Below are positions 1-12,854 of a stretch of 64,000 nucleotides of DNA, one piece after another. The notes below the pieces were generated by a model. That model made no database searches, was not told where the DNA came from, and was given only the letters and a program-made list of their open reading frames with translations. Position numbers and translations under genes: made by a program. Each line of letters begins with the position of its first letter. Position 1 is the first letter of the stretch. This DNA is from Octopus sinensis (taxonomy: Eukaryota): NCBI RefSeq assembly GCF_006345805.1, contig NC_043003.1, positions 65,906,001 through 65,970,000 on the forward strand, in the 5' to 3' direction.

Positions 1-277
1 TTCTAAGCATTTCGCCAGGCGTACTAACGTTTCTGCCAACTCGTTACCTTAAGACAAATGAATATTCTTTTCTAATCTAGGCACAATGCCCGAAATTTTG
101 GGGAGGGGGCAGTCGATTAGATCGAGCCTAGTACGCAACTGGTACTTAATTTATCGACCCCGAAAAGATGAAAGTGAAAGTTGGCCTCAGCGGAATTTGA
201 ACTCAGAACATAAAGACAGACAAAAACTGCTAAGCATTTCGCCCGTCATGCTAACGTTTCTGCCTGCTCGCCGCCTT
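1..277 (-). mobile_element. SINE family A (tRNA-derived head, Meta/MESC-like central domain): head fragment 1-51 and full copy 63-277
   Basis: A-box-like GAGCTGGCAGAA, B box GAGTTCAAATTCC, central gcctttcatcctttcggggtcgataaattaagtaccag and tail ttgtgcctagagtagaaaagaat recur more than 25 times in the window. The domain name is from recall. Confidence 0.85.
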
Positions 278-278
278 A

Positions 279-431
279 GGGATCGGACGGGGTCCCGAGA
301 CAGTGGGATCCCGAGGCCGCAATGTGTGTTCGAGGAGTCGATGTTCACTGAGTCCTAAAATTCGCATAAGTTCACGCGGATAGCCGCGCTCTTCATCGAC
401 GGACGAGCCGAGTGATTCCCCCGTCGCACTT
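279..431 (-). rRNA. 5.8S rRNA: Dispersed 5.8S rRNA-derived copy (probably a pseudogene; no flanking ITS/18S/28S)
   Basis: Reverse complement reads ...GGGGAATCACTCGGCTCGTCCGTCGATGAAGAGCGCGGCTATCCGCGTGAACTTATGCGAATTTTAGGACTCAGTGAACATCGACTCCTCGAACACACATTGCGGCCTCGGG..., colinear with canonical 5.8S. The GCGG/CCGC helix is a compensatory version of the usual GCAG/CTGC. Confidence 0.88.
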
Positions 432-432
432 A

Positions 433-496
433 TTGAACTGTAGCCATGCTGGAGTTCTGCCCTGAAGAATTTGGTCGAAGAAATCGAGACCTGTAC
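433..496 (-). mobile_element. SINE B tail fragment abutting the 5.8S copy
   Basis: Reverse complement ...ctccagcatggctacagttcaat matches the family B tail. Confidence 0.65.
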
Positions 497-1149
497 TGAT
501 AGGTGCGCGCACGCGCGTGTGTGTATTTGAGTATATGTATGTATGTTACTTCTCTATTTAATTATAACTCTTCCTCTGAGGAGGGATTCGGTTTCCAACT
601 AAGATACAAGGCTCCATCTTTTGGGATGTAGTTAACACAGACAAATTCATATTTGGAACTTGAGAAAAGTCCTGCATATTTTTACTGTTCCATTCACAGA
701 TTGTACTTGTAATGTACGAATTAGCCAGTCGATTTCTCTTTCTGAAAACTCCAGTTTATCCAGATTCTGCGAGTGCTCAAATTATTATTTGTATGAATAT
801 AAATTCATAGTCTGGATACAGAAGCTGGAGGTTTCGAAGCAGTTGTCCATCGATATTCTAATTTTCTTTGATTTTGAAAGAGATATTTAAATCTGCTGGG
901 CAGCTGACCTTTATGAGGGTACATACTTTTGGCCCTCGGTCCTATACAACAATATCCGGCCTGTCATGTTTACATTTGGTATGTAAGTATGTTTTTATGG
1001 GAGTCTGTTATTTTATTTTATCGATCTCTTCCGTAGAATTGCTAATGATGCGGGGACTTCAAGAAAACAACACTGGCTGTTAAGCAGCCCAGGGGAATAA
1101 AAACAGACAGAAACACACATGCAACTTACACAAACATACATATTTATAC

Positions 1150-1152
<3 letters not shown>

Positions 1153-1200
<48 letters not shown>

Positions 1201-1216
1201 TGTGTGTGTGTATATG

Positions 1217-1274
<58 letters not shown>

Positions 1275-1288
1275 GGTTTGTATGAGTG

Positions 1289-1321
<33 letters not shown>

Positions 1322-1741
1322 GGAAAAAAGCAACAGAATGGATCAATATTTCGGTACAATTGTTTCGTACGAAGACATCTTTAATAAGGCTACAAAAATT
1401 GCAGTAAATATAAGTGACCCGTACTCATCAGCCGAAAAAACATCTGAGATCTCCAAACATCAAAGGGGGTAATGTTACACTCGTGAAACATCATGGAAAG
1501 TTCTATAAAAATGAGATTTAGATAATAAATTGACTTCTAAAAGTTCTTTTAGTATTGCACAGTCATATATCAGGTTTAAAAATTTTTTTTCAAAACCTCT
1601 AAGATGAAAGTGAGGATCACCCCACTTTGTCGTATGGTTAACACCATATAAATTTCGGGTGCATCCAAGTTAAGTACCATATTCATGTGAATTCAACAGA
1701 ACTCACTTGAATCTTAATTGCTTGTACCGTATATATATATA

Positions 1742-1799
<58 letters not shown>

Positions 1800-1860
1800 A
1801 TATATATAATATATATATATATATATATACTATATATATATATATATATACACATATATA
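1153..1860. repeat. (TA)n tracts (1153-1318, 1729-1860) flanking a 410-bp hammerhead-bearing insert
   Basis: Direct reading. Confidence 0.95.
1349..1437 (-). ncRNA. Type I hammerhead ribozyme, complete core, large loop II
   Basis: Minus strand: stem I UUUCGG / CUGAUGA / stem II GUACG-(48 nt)-CGUAC / GAAA / C-AAUU-G (palindromic CAAUUG) / UA (GUA triplet) / CCGAAA. Predicted cleavage between 1355 and 1354. Confidence 0.85.
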
Positions 1861-2397
1861 CTTCATGGATGAGAATCAGATATTCTCCATGTAGAATACA
1901 CTTAATAGTTCTCAAGAAATTTAAACATGAGCGGGTAGAGGAGTAAATGTAAGTATAAGCAAGTTAGGCATTTCGATATACAAAGAATTTTAAATCGATT
2001 AAATACAAAAAAAATATATGTTTACCTACAAAAAAAGTCCGACTTACACAGAATAGAAATGATGTCAAAAATTAAAGGTGTCAAAAATGAAGGAAAGGTA
2101 TTACAAATCCTACAGCTTGTTCTGGGGGGCCCCGTGGTCCCAAATAACGATTGTAAATTGATTACATCGTCGGATGATACTAGACTCCGTCTTCAGGGAG
2201 GAAATCTTACATTTGAGGTGTTGACAGAAAGGAAATCAGATGTCTGTTTATAAAAACATACATAAATATATGGCTACAAACACATACGTGACGAGCTTCC
2301 ATTCGGCTTGCGTTTACCAGATGCATTCATATGGTTTTGAGAATTTTCTTTCATCTTTTAGTCATCATTTTAACTTTATATATACGTATATACGTAC

Positions 2398-2432
<35 letters not shown>

Positions 2433-2562
2433 GAAATAGAAAGATGAATAATCTTGTTGCAGATTAATCAAAAGTTTAACCGATACCATGGTAGCAAATA
2501 AAATAAATGCAATAAAACGATTTCTGTTCAATCTTCGTTCAACTCCATTTCTTCAATTCACT

Positions 2563-2595
<33 letters not shown>

Positions 2596-2601
<6 letters not shown>

Positions 2602-2896
2602 TAGATAAACTTAGATATGTTTCGACCAAAGATTGGTCCAGGCCATGTCTAACTTAATAGCACCACCTGATATGATTATCTAAATCCTGTTTAAGTCAAG
2701 TTCTGTTTGTGGTCCATTCAAGTAGTGATTTTTTGTTGGGTAAGTTTTATCCAATTATGGGTGACTTATCTGGTATTCCTTGAAGGAATCTATCCAGACT
2801 CCGTTTAAAGTTGATGGGATCCTTTTCCTCTTTGATCTCTTTCGGAACAATGTTAAATGGGGCAGGGCCTGTTGAGGAAAAGAAATTATGTTGCAG
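2596..2896 (-). mobile_element. CR1/L2-like LINE 3' end (5'-truncated)
   Basis: Minus 2896-2747 encodes LQHNFFSSTGPAPFNIVPKEIKEEKDPINFKRSLDRFLQGIPDKSPIIG*, a typical CR1-clade ORF2 C-terminus. It is followed by a short 3' UTR and a tandem 10-mer tail (TAAACTTAGA x2 on +). Confidence 0.75.
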
Positions 2897-2981
2897 TGTA
2901 CATATATGCTGTCATCCTGATATTTACTAGACACACAGACACAGCACGTAAAACTTTCATAATAAGTAGATGATGAAGAAC

Positions 2982-3057
<76 letters not shown>

Positions 3058-3182
3058 TGTGTGTGTGTGTGTGTATATTGATAAAAATGGTAAGACAACA
3101 AAAGAATAAAAGAGACCTCGATATTATATAAATAGAGGAATTTATCTATAAATGTAATATGTGACAATTATTCGGTAGCCAT

Positions 3183-3243
3183 GATAAAACTCCGAGTTTC
3201 GGATGCCAAGGTGAAAATCCACGTCGCCATCCCTTCAGTTATC
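3183..3243 (-). ncRNA. Decayed type I hammerhead (A9 missing)
   Basis: Minus strand GAUAA CUGAAG[-] GGAUG-(22 nt)-CAUCC GAAA C-UCGGA-G UU UUAUC. All three stems pair; the core lacks one A. Confidence 0.6.
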
Positions 3244-3841
3244 CGGCCATCGGAAAAATACTATGAAAATAGAGAGAGAGTGTGTGTGCGTGTGAGGAGA
3301 GAGAGAGAGAGGGAGAGGGAGAGAGGGAAAACAGACAGGGAGAGAGAGAGGTGCATATTTATAGCTGTCGGTTGATAGCGTGTATAGTCTTTCTCCGTAT
3401 TAATGTTTATTTAGTTCGATATAAGCTTCATTTAACCGGATTTTAGGTTTAATATACGTAACCTGAAATTTTCACTGTTATGTCTTCACTAAAGTTAATC
3501 ATTTAAGTAAATTAGACACTGCAAGTCTGTTGACAATATTATTTACTTATTGTCTGGAAAATTATGATGCATTGTTTATGTTGCTTAATCTTTTTTTAAT
3601 TTCATTTCCTATGCTTTTTCTTCAAGAAAGAAGCAATGGAAAATAGTGTATTTAATATATATACCGATGAGTTTGACTGATTAGCTGAATTAAGAAGATA
3701 CACACACACACACTATATATATATATATATATGATGTACACAGATATGTATACATATACATACAGACACACACATATTAATATGTGAGTATGTATATGTG
3801 TCTATATATATATGTATATATGTACGTATAAATATATATAT

Positions 3842-3872
<31 letters not shown>

Positions 3873-3896
3873 GTATATATGTACGTATAAATATAT

Positions 3897-3945
<49 letters not shown>

Positions 3946-5521
3946 AAGTTTATACATATATGGTGCGCGCGTGTGTTTCCTTTATTTTAACTTGACATTA
4001 GTATGGTATTTACTTCAAACATATTCGTGAGTTTTCTGATAAATTACAAATTTTAATGCTAGAAGATCTGTATAATTCAAGAAAAAAAAATCTAATTATC
4101 CAAAGAAATTTAACTAGTTTATTTATCTACATATTTAATTTTTCAAATCCAACTTTTTTTACTTGTTTAAAAAAAAATCAGTTTCATTAATGTTATATGC
4201 ATTTGTAGTTTCAGACTCCTTGTGCTATTGCACATGAAATGTTGTAAAATATGTTTCTAATTGAATAAGCACAAAAAGAAAAAGAAAACCAATGGGGTAA
4301 AATTGAATTCTGATCATTGAGATAAGAGTAAGAGATTTAATGAAGTACGATTAACTTGCTTGTAATTGAAGTTGAGTTAATATCTTTCCATCGAAAGCTT
4401 GGAATTTGGTTATATTCGATGTAAACAATTTATTATATACGTAAGGATTTTAGAATTTTACTGAATGTCACATTTAAATAATAATATACTTAATGGTTAG
4501 ACTAATGTTCTGTCCTTATATAGCAAACATAGAGCTGTTATTTTCTTATCTTCTGTGTTGCTCTCTGTTATCTGCGATTAAACAAGCTTTTGCTACATCT
4601 TTGCTCAACCGAACGACAAGGAAAAATGTATTGCTATGTCGTTTGAGAAACATTTTGCTTCTTCCTAACCGAGTGAAACGTTTGTCACCTTGCGATATCT
4701 GCAGAGGATACAGAAATTTTCCTACTCTCGCGATGGCTTCAGAAGAAGAGTTTACAAGAACTTTGATTAGCTCCTGCAGTTTCTGCTTGAAAGCAAAGCA
4801 TCACGGATGTTCATTTCACCACTTGCATAAGAGAGAATATTTATATGGTCAATCAGTCTGTTAGTAGTGGAGACTTACTCCATTCCCTTCAAACTACACA
4901 CAGCTTTTTTTTTTAAACAGACACATCGGATAATGTAGACTTGTAAAGATAACGCTTGAAAATCTGGGATTCATCAGGGCAAGAATACTCTTTGCAAAGG
5001 AATTCAATCGAAACTGCATTGCTCAAACTGAAAAACAATGACGTCATAGTATACACATCACATGCAGTGAAAAATGGTGTGGGGATGCAGAATAGCATTT
5101 CATACAACCTCTTCGTTTTCTTCAAGAGCATTGAAATCTAGTATAAATCAAAATTCTTCAACAAAGTACCAGTGTCTTATTGTAGTTATTTTGCTTATAA
5201 CATTTTCATTAGTGACGCCATTAATTTTCAAGTTATCAAGTTTAAATTAGAACATTCTGTCTTTCTGGACTAAACAGAACAGGAGACATGTTGGATGGAG
5301 AGTAGCTGAAGAGGTCACAGAATGTGCGCGAAAAATTTCAGACAAATGACAATAAGATAAGAACAATAACACAGCTGATAAAGAACGAATATATAGTGCG
5401 TGTGTTTATTTGGAAAAATAATGGCCATTCCAGAATATACAAATATCTCTTTCAAGACACGATTTCACATCAGGAATTTAGCCAAAGAAATGCATGAACT
5501 CAATATATAAACTTATTTCAA

Positions 5522-5920
5522 GGCGGCGAGTTGGCAGAAACGTTAGCACGCCGGGCGAAATGCGTAGGCGTATTTCGTCTGCCATTATGTTCTGAGTTCA
5601 AATTCCGCTGAGGTCGACTTTGCCTTTCATCCTTTCGAGGTCGATAAATTAAGTACCAGTTACGCACTGGGGTCAATGTAATCGACTTAATCCGTTTGTC
5701 TACCATTGTTTGTCCCCTCTGTGTTTAGCCCCTTGTGGGTTGTAAAGAAGTAGGTATTTCGTCTGTCTTTACGTTCTGAGTTCAAATTCCGCCTTGGTCA
5801 ACTTTGACTTTTATCCTTTCGGGGTCGATAAATTAAGTACAAGTTGCGTACTGGGGTCGATCTATTCGACTATCCCTTTACCTCAAAATTTCAGACCTTG
5901 TGCTTAGAGTAGAAAAGAAT
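5522..5920 (+). mobile_element. SINE A dimeric form
   Basis: Head plus two B-box/central units joined by the linker tttgtcccctctgtgtttagccccttgtggg. Confidence 0.9.
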
Positions 5921-6596
5921 ATCTAAACTAATTTCATCTAATGCACCTGTATTTTAAGATGCTGCTGTATGGATTGGAGATTTGTTTGTAATTCCTTTCA
6001 GGTGAAATAATCGCCCGCATGTATAAAGTATGATTTAGATGAAGAGCGATGCCAAACGTGACTATCCAATTTTTATGGCCTTGTTTTATATGACACAGTA
6101 TATATAATATTGCAATAAATCGTTTTCGCTATTTAAGGCAATGGGATGTAAAATGAAGGAGAATTGGTTGACATTTCTTGCAAATCAATTGCCTATATAG
6201 ATGGTTTCAGTTCGTGCAAGGTTGTGGTTGATCTGAAGTAAGTACTTTATTACCCTACATCGTTAATGTCATACAAATATAACCGGATAAACGGAAAGTA
6301 AATTGTAGGTAAACACACGAGTAGATTTACATTCGATTGAAAGTCGTTTTAGTATGAAATAAACACCAGAATTAAATATATCCTTCTTCGTTTCCTTGAT
6401 ATTAATATTTAGTCCAGTTCAGTTCTTCAGCAGAACCATAGTAAAATATGAATATCCTTTGGCTCATTTAATCTACAACTAAATATATTTTCCCATTTGT
6501 CCATCTTTTCTAAATCAACTGAAGGAGATTTGGCTGTGATTTCATGCATGCCGGGCCACTGCGCAGAGGATCCCGCGTATGTGTTACTTAACAGTC

Positions 6597-6799
6597 CGTT
6601 CTACTCGAGGTACAAGGCCTAAAATTTTGCGTGAGGGAATAGCTGATTACATCGTCCCCTATGTGTAACTGTTATTTATTTTACCGACCTTAAAAGGATA
6701 AAAGGCAGAGTCGATCTGGGCGGAATTTAAGCTCAGAACGTAAGGACGGACGAAATGCATTTTACCCGGGGTGCTAACGGTTCTGCCAGCTAGGCACCT
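6597..6799 (-). mobile_element. SINE A monomer, diverged
   Basis: Colinear with family A. Confidence 0.8.
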
Positions 6800-7580
6800 C
6801 TATGTTACTTAATAATGGAATGTGAACTAAAGAATAATTATTATATCACTATATTTTTACACTATTTCAATCTTACACGTTGATATTTCTGCTTTGGACT
6901 ATTATGTTTCGAGGCTGCAGCATGATTTTCTCGGGTACTGAACCGTCATATCTTTGTGTAAAACATTTAAATCAATGAAATGTTATTGAAACGAACAAAT
7001 ATACAATGAGGTCGAAATATTTATCATTAGAAACGTGGCGGAATACAAACAGTTGTTAATATTCATATTTATTTCTGCATCTATAATTCTTTTCTCTAAA
7101 CACATCACTATCAATGCTTGATGAATCTCCAGCAACACCCTTCAAAGGTCTTAATCCATGAAAACCATTCATCATTTACCATTATCCTTGCCATGCTTCT
7201 GCAGCTATGAGGAAATAGAGTTGTGCAGCAGTCATCACTCATCACCTAATGTAGATCTTGACAAATGATATTCCGATAAAATCTCTAGTGTTTAATATTT
7301 AAAAAGCAGTCGAGGTTAATAACATAGCAAGCGTCATAAGACTAACTGAGAAACGTCGAAATTATTCCGCAATTCGGTTTCAATACTTCGCTGATTTAAC
7401 TGTTTTTGCTATTTTCGGGTTCAATCATTTTTTGTAATTCAGCAAGAGAAATTCTTTTATTTGTATGAATTGTTTTACGAGTATTAAGTAGTGAGAATAA
7501 AGCTTCCAAAATAAATAACACCCACTGCAAGCCACATTCAATTAAAATTAATTTCTATTTCAAAACATGGTTAATACAAG

Positions 7581-7994
7581 GAATTGAGCTGCCAGAAGTG
7601 TTACAGCGTCGGAGAAAATGCGTTGCTGTGTTTCTTTCGGCTCTTGGCATTCTAAGTTCATAATTCGCCGAGTTCAACTTTGCCTTCCAAGATCGATAAA
7701 ACAACGTGCCAATCTTGTAGTACGATCAATGGTGTAAACTGACATCTGCCCTGGGAAGGGCGTAAAAGTCATGAGAATAATTGTCTCCTTTCTAATATAT
7801 TATTGTTTCAAATTTTGGTACAGGGCAAGCGATTTGGAGGGCATGGGCAAGTCGGTTGTATCGATAAATTACTTGAATGGTACATATTTTATTTACCTTG
7901 AAAAAGATGGGAGCGGATTTGAGCTCAGAATCTCTAGAAGTAACGCTGTTGAGCAGTTTATACGATGTGCTAACGATTCTACCAGTTCGCCTCC
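7581..7994. mobile_element. Two decayed SINE A copies, tail to tail (7581-7745 +, 7811-7994 -)
   Basis: Residual head and B-box similarity. Confidence 0.55.
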
Positions 7995-8602
7995 TATAAT
8001 ATATTATAAAGATAGTTTTGCTTTATATAAACGAAAATAATATACTATATTTTATATCACAGTGAAAGTATTTTCTCAGACAGGTCAAACATTCCACCAT
8101 AAATTCAAACCGTCCATGTATATTCAGTGTGAACAGAGGTAGATGTCGAAAGACAGATCTATATTATTGAAACTACTTAATTCCAACAGTTTCAGTTAAA
8201 CGCCACAAGCGTTTCTTTGCGCATTATATAAATATCTTCATTCTCCTAACAGACTCAGTTCATCGAAACATCAATCGTTGATATAAGATCATTCACTAAT
8301 GTTAGTGGCGATCAGTCAGCACCATAACCTTAGGAAAGATGTATTTCTCTTTTACTAAAACTAAGGAACGAAAAGTAACTACTTACAAGTTAAAATGTTT
8401 TTGAAGTTAGTATAGACTTGAAATTACATTTGCACTTTCATTAACATATATCTATGTCTCATCGATAATTTCTTTACTGATTTCTTACTTTACAAGTCAT
8501 CTCTGTTTCCACTGTCCAGAAAAGCAGAGTAAAAAATTTTTTTTAAATGTCTGAGGTGAAATGTGTTCTATAATAGCTGCGCCTTATGTTCGTAAGCGAA
8601 AT

Positions 8603-8990
8603 TACGAGGGTGGGCCGAAGAGATCATTGGCTGACTATGAAGGATTAATACTAGAGCTGTGGAACATTGCGAGCATTAATTTTAACACTTCTAATAAATA
8701 ACTGCATTGCTTCTTTCCAGGTAAACCGACGTCATTTATGATGGTGATGACATTTTTTATCAACAGGATTAAAGCTTCTTCACCAATTGTATTCAGGCAA
8801 GGTGGGGAGGCAAGGTGGGGAGGCTAGGAAGAAAGATAAATCCATGAGAGTATCTGGGTCAGCTAATGCACTTTTCAGCTCATTCCCTTGGATCATTTTG
8901 AAGTCGCCAGTGCCAGCCTTTACTGAGCACATCTATGATCAGAAGCATTCCAGCCGTGACAACCATGTCGCCTTTATTTATACCTGATAT
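8603..8990 (-). mobile_element. Highly decayed mariner-like end
   Basis: TA-CGAGGGTGGGCCGAAGAG resembles the mariner TIR seen at 56314. A frameshifted YS.DL-like remnant is present on the minus strand. Confidence 0.4.
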
Positions 8991-10516
8991 CCTTTCACTT
9001 ATTCAATATTCTTGTTCTTTTCTATTTCTTTTGGATAAGATTAATTTCGAAAGAGATTTATTTACTACGTCTAAAAACTCCCGCAAAGACGAAAATTGAA
9101 TGAAAGATGATCTGATGGTATTCAGCTCTTATTGTGAATTACTGTCAAACAAGGTGGCAGCTTAAAAAAACCACCTGATTATTAGGTCTCTTTATAGGAA
9201 TCCAATCAATTGCAAGTATTGAACTAATTCTCCTGTCTTAGTATAACTTATGATTTACTCCATCTCCCCACCGCCCGATAATCCTTCGGGGTTTTTCAAA
9301 ATTTACGTGGTTAACACCCTCCTACTCTAATGGAGCAATGAAACAAATCACAAAACGTTTCCTACATTCATTAATCACTTAACCATTTAATATTCTAGTT
9401 ATTTTGCACATTACTGTATGCAATAATGTACTCCTTTACTGTATTAAAATGACGTGTTACTTTTCGTATTATCGGTTAAATATAAGAATCAGATACAAAG
9501 AGGAGAGTCACTAACACCTAAATCATAATGGCTTTTCAATATCATGGAATAGATGGAAAGCATTCCAGTTTTAAGCGTGGGTTTATAATATTTAAATACA
9601 CGAATAAAGTTTCCTTTTTTAAATACCAAATTAAATAGAGAGATATGTACAAAGGCATAACCAAATGCAACACGAATATCCCCCTGCGGCCGCTGTAGGT
9701 CGGTCTGCCAGTCGCAGATCTGGCACATCAGTCAACAGCGCGCATGCACGCGGGATGGGTGAAAGGGAATCGGCCTTTAAGTTTCTTCGTATCGAAGTCA
9801 TCGCCAACAATATGAGAGGCATGCATTTCCAAGTAAGATTATCTTCACATTTTTGATGCAACTCTCTACTCTCTACTGTTTTCTTCCTCCATCCTTCTCT
9901 AATTCTCTTTTTCTCCACCTCCCTCCTTCTTTTCTTCCCTCTTTCTCTAGCTTTCTCTCTCTATCGTTGATCACACGATACCATCGTCCAGCTTTCTTTT
10001 CCTCGCGTGACCATCTTAATTTTCTTGCACAGAAGTTTAAAAGAACGGATGTGTTTATCTCTCTTCTATGTTTTCTCTTTTCAAAAGAAATGTTTCTCCT
10101 AGCGTTCACTATTTTCCTCTCGTTCTGGTCTAACGACCCTCCATGTTTCTTTTCGTTCGGTTTCCATTTATATCTACACTGTGGTTTTTTGTTCCTAAAT
10201 TTGACCCGCCATAAATCCTAAATTTTATTTTAGACATTATGGGAGCAACTGTTTTTGAAGACTCATATTGTCGTTGAATGCTTGAAATGAGGAATAGACA
10301 GACAGCCGTCAACCGATGAAGGATCTTTATCTGTGTTTACTTATCTGGTTTCCCATATTTTTCTTGATGTTGCTTACGTATTTCATGTTATTTGCCCCGT
10401 TGGTGGCGTCCTGAATCCATATATGCATTATGTATGTATGCACACACACACACACATATATATATACATATATATACATATATATGCACACATATATATC
10501 CACATATATATTATAT

Positions 10517-10573
<57 letters not shown>

Positions 10574-11189
10574 GTAATCTCTTATCATTATATATATACA
10601 TACAATATATTATTTATTATATATACATACATATATTACATTATTTATCATTATATATATATACATACATATAACATATTTATTATATATAAATACATAT
10701 ATATATACAATATATTATTTATTATATATAAATATACATACATATATATGTATACTTGCAAACAGAACTTAAGCAAAGACTGAACATTTTCAGACGATGA
10801 ATGTTTAAATATAAATATATAGATATTTATATGTTAACAGATCAAACATGCACACAGTTCAAACGAAAGAGAAATTTAAAGATGAGGAGGTAAAATGTAT
10901 GCGTGTGTATGTGTGTGTGTGTGTGTTTGTATGTGTGTGGTATAGATGTTAGCAATAATTCCCAAGCGGAACGCTTCATCACGTAAAGGCTTTAAGTATG
11001 TCATTTACTAAGGTATTGTATTAGCAATCACAAAATTTTCAAAGTACAATCGCCTAGGTATGCAATGCAGTTTAATAACTTAAATCACGTCAAAATGACA
11101 TATTTGAGTGACGACGAATTAAATACTTTAACAACTACAAAATCTTCAATAGATTGATAGATTTGATTACTGGATGTCAAAAAGAGAGA

Positions 11190-11455
11190 GGTAGTAAATA
11201 CGATGTGGCAATCTTATTCACAAGATCATGGGTCTCGATTCGTGGAACGGGCAGTGGGTTGTGTTCTTGAGCAAAACACTTCATTTCACGTTGCTCTGAC
11301 GTGTAGCACAGCTCACTGTGAACTTTTCGATTTGGATGGAAAGAGTGAGCTAATGTACATTGCCAACATTTTATCTCTATAAAAATATCGTTTTTGTGGG
11401 TTGTTCCGTAATAATCTGCAGAAACCCTTTATGTGTATTATGCCAGGTGTGTCGA
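11190..11455 (+). mobile_element. SINE C, decayed copy
   Basis: tgtgttcttgagcaaaacacttcatttcacgttgctc matches 24637-24957. Confidence 0.65.
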
Positions 11456-12854
11456 CAAGCTTCTGAATATGTACGACAGTAGATTTTTGCGGAATGATGC
11501 TATTTAACTCTCTTTTGAATGAGATTTAGAATAAACAAGGGATCGATCAGAACTTATAAAATAAAAAAACAAGACAGATCTGGAGACTAAAAACGCACGT
11601 GGTGTTTAATATTGTTTCGGGAATAAACACAGGAATGGTGATGAGAAAATACTAATACAAAACAAGACCAAACAAATGCAGAGTATAAGCAAGGGCGTCT
11701 GTGGACATAAGACGTGGATGAACATAGAAAATACTAGCGTATATAGGTAACAGGAAATCGAATATTCATCGTACATCGAGGAAGACTGAACATGTAAGAT
11801 CGGAGTAATGCTCACGAAATAAAAGGCTAAGAGAAGGAAATGTTGGATATGTGCGGGAGAAGAAGGTAGAAAAGGTAGAGAAAGTAGCGAAGAGCGAATG
11901 AGTGGGTGCAACATAGAGCGAAAGAATATGGGAGATACAGTTAAGATAGTGTTGGAGAGGTAATTAGAGAGAGGGTATAAGAGGGAACGAAAGTTAGAGA
12001 GTAAATGATGGTGAGAGAGAAAGAGAGGGTAAAACAGACGGAGAAAAAGATAATGAGAATCATAGAATGAACATGATTGTGAGCGCTTGAATAAAGAATT
12101 CAAAAGTATATTGTAAGACTTATGAACAACTAACAGAAAGGACAAAATATAAAGATGGATAAAGCCATTTCATCAGTCAACTTTTATTGCAGGATTTCTA
12201 GAATTTCGGCGCTTGGTAAAAGGTTGATATCCTTAATATGGAAGGCACCAGTTTTCACACAAAACCAAACGTAAACATGTCTTGCGAGAAATATTCATAT
12301 GGAATGTAGAAAATGTTTACTGAATGAAAACGATGCAGTTATTTAGTTATGGATTGACTTGCACCAGAGACCACCAAACTGCAATAAATAAATTGAAGCA
12401 AATCTGAAATAAACCTTCACAACAGTAGCAAAAGCACCTTTAATCACGGTGAGGATCGCACAATTTTTTTTTAGTGGCGCAAAAAGCTGAGCAATTTTCT
12501 ATAACTTATTCATTCAGTGAATGTGCTTCAACATAGGAAATGTTTTATATGACTGAAAACAAATGTTATTATATGTGATCAAGGTCTCATTGATTTCCGA
12601 AAACAGAAAGTTTTGTAGCTGGTAAAGTACACGTACTCAGAAAATTTTTATGAATGTGAGGTGTCAGATTTCCTTCAGCAGAGTCATTGATCTTCTCATA
12701 AATAAGCCATCAAATACGTTAGGAAATAATAGAAATAAACCCCACCCAGAAATTTATTCTCATTTCATCGATAACGAAATACTTACACAAGCATGAGGTT
12801 TCTATGTAAATAAGCCTAGTTATTATACGAGTTGCTGTCTAAAAGAACATTTAG

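Noticed and set aside
4955-4980. Minus-strand CUGAUGA followed by a short hairpin
   Set aside because: No GAAA after stem II.
11606-12145. 179-aa hydrophobic ORF
   Set aside because: Reverse complement of a purine-rich low-complexity tract; no domain or splice support.
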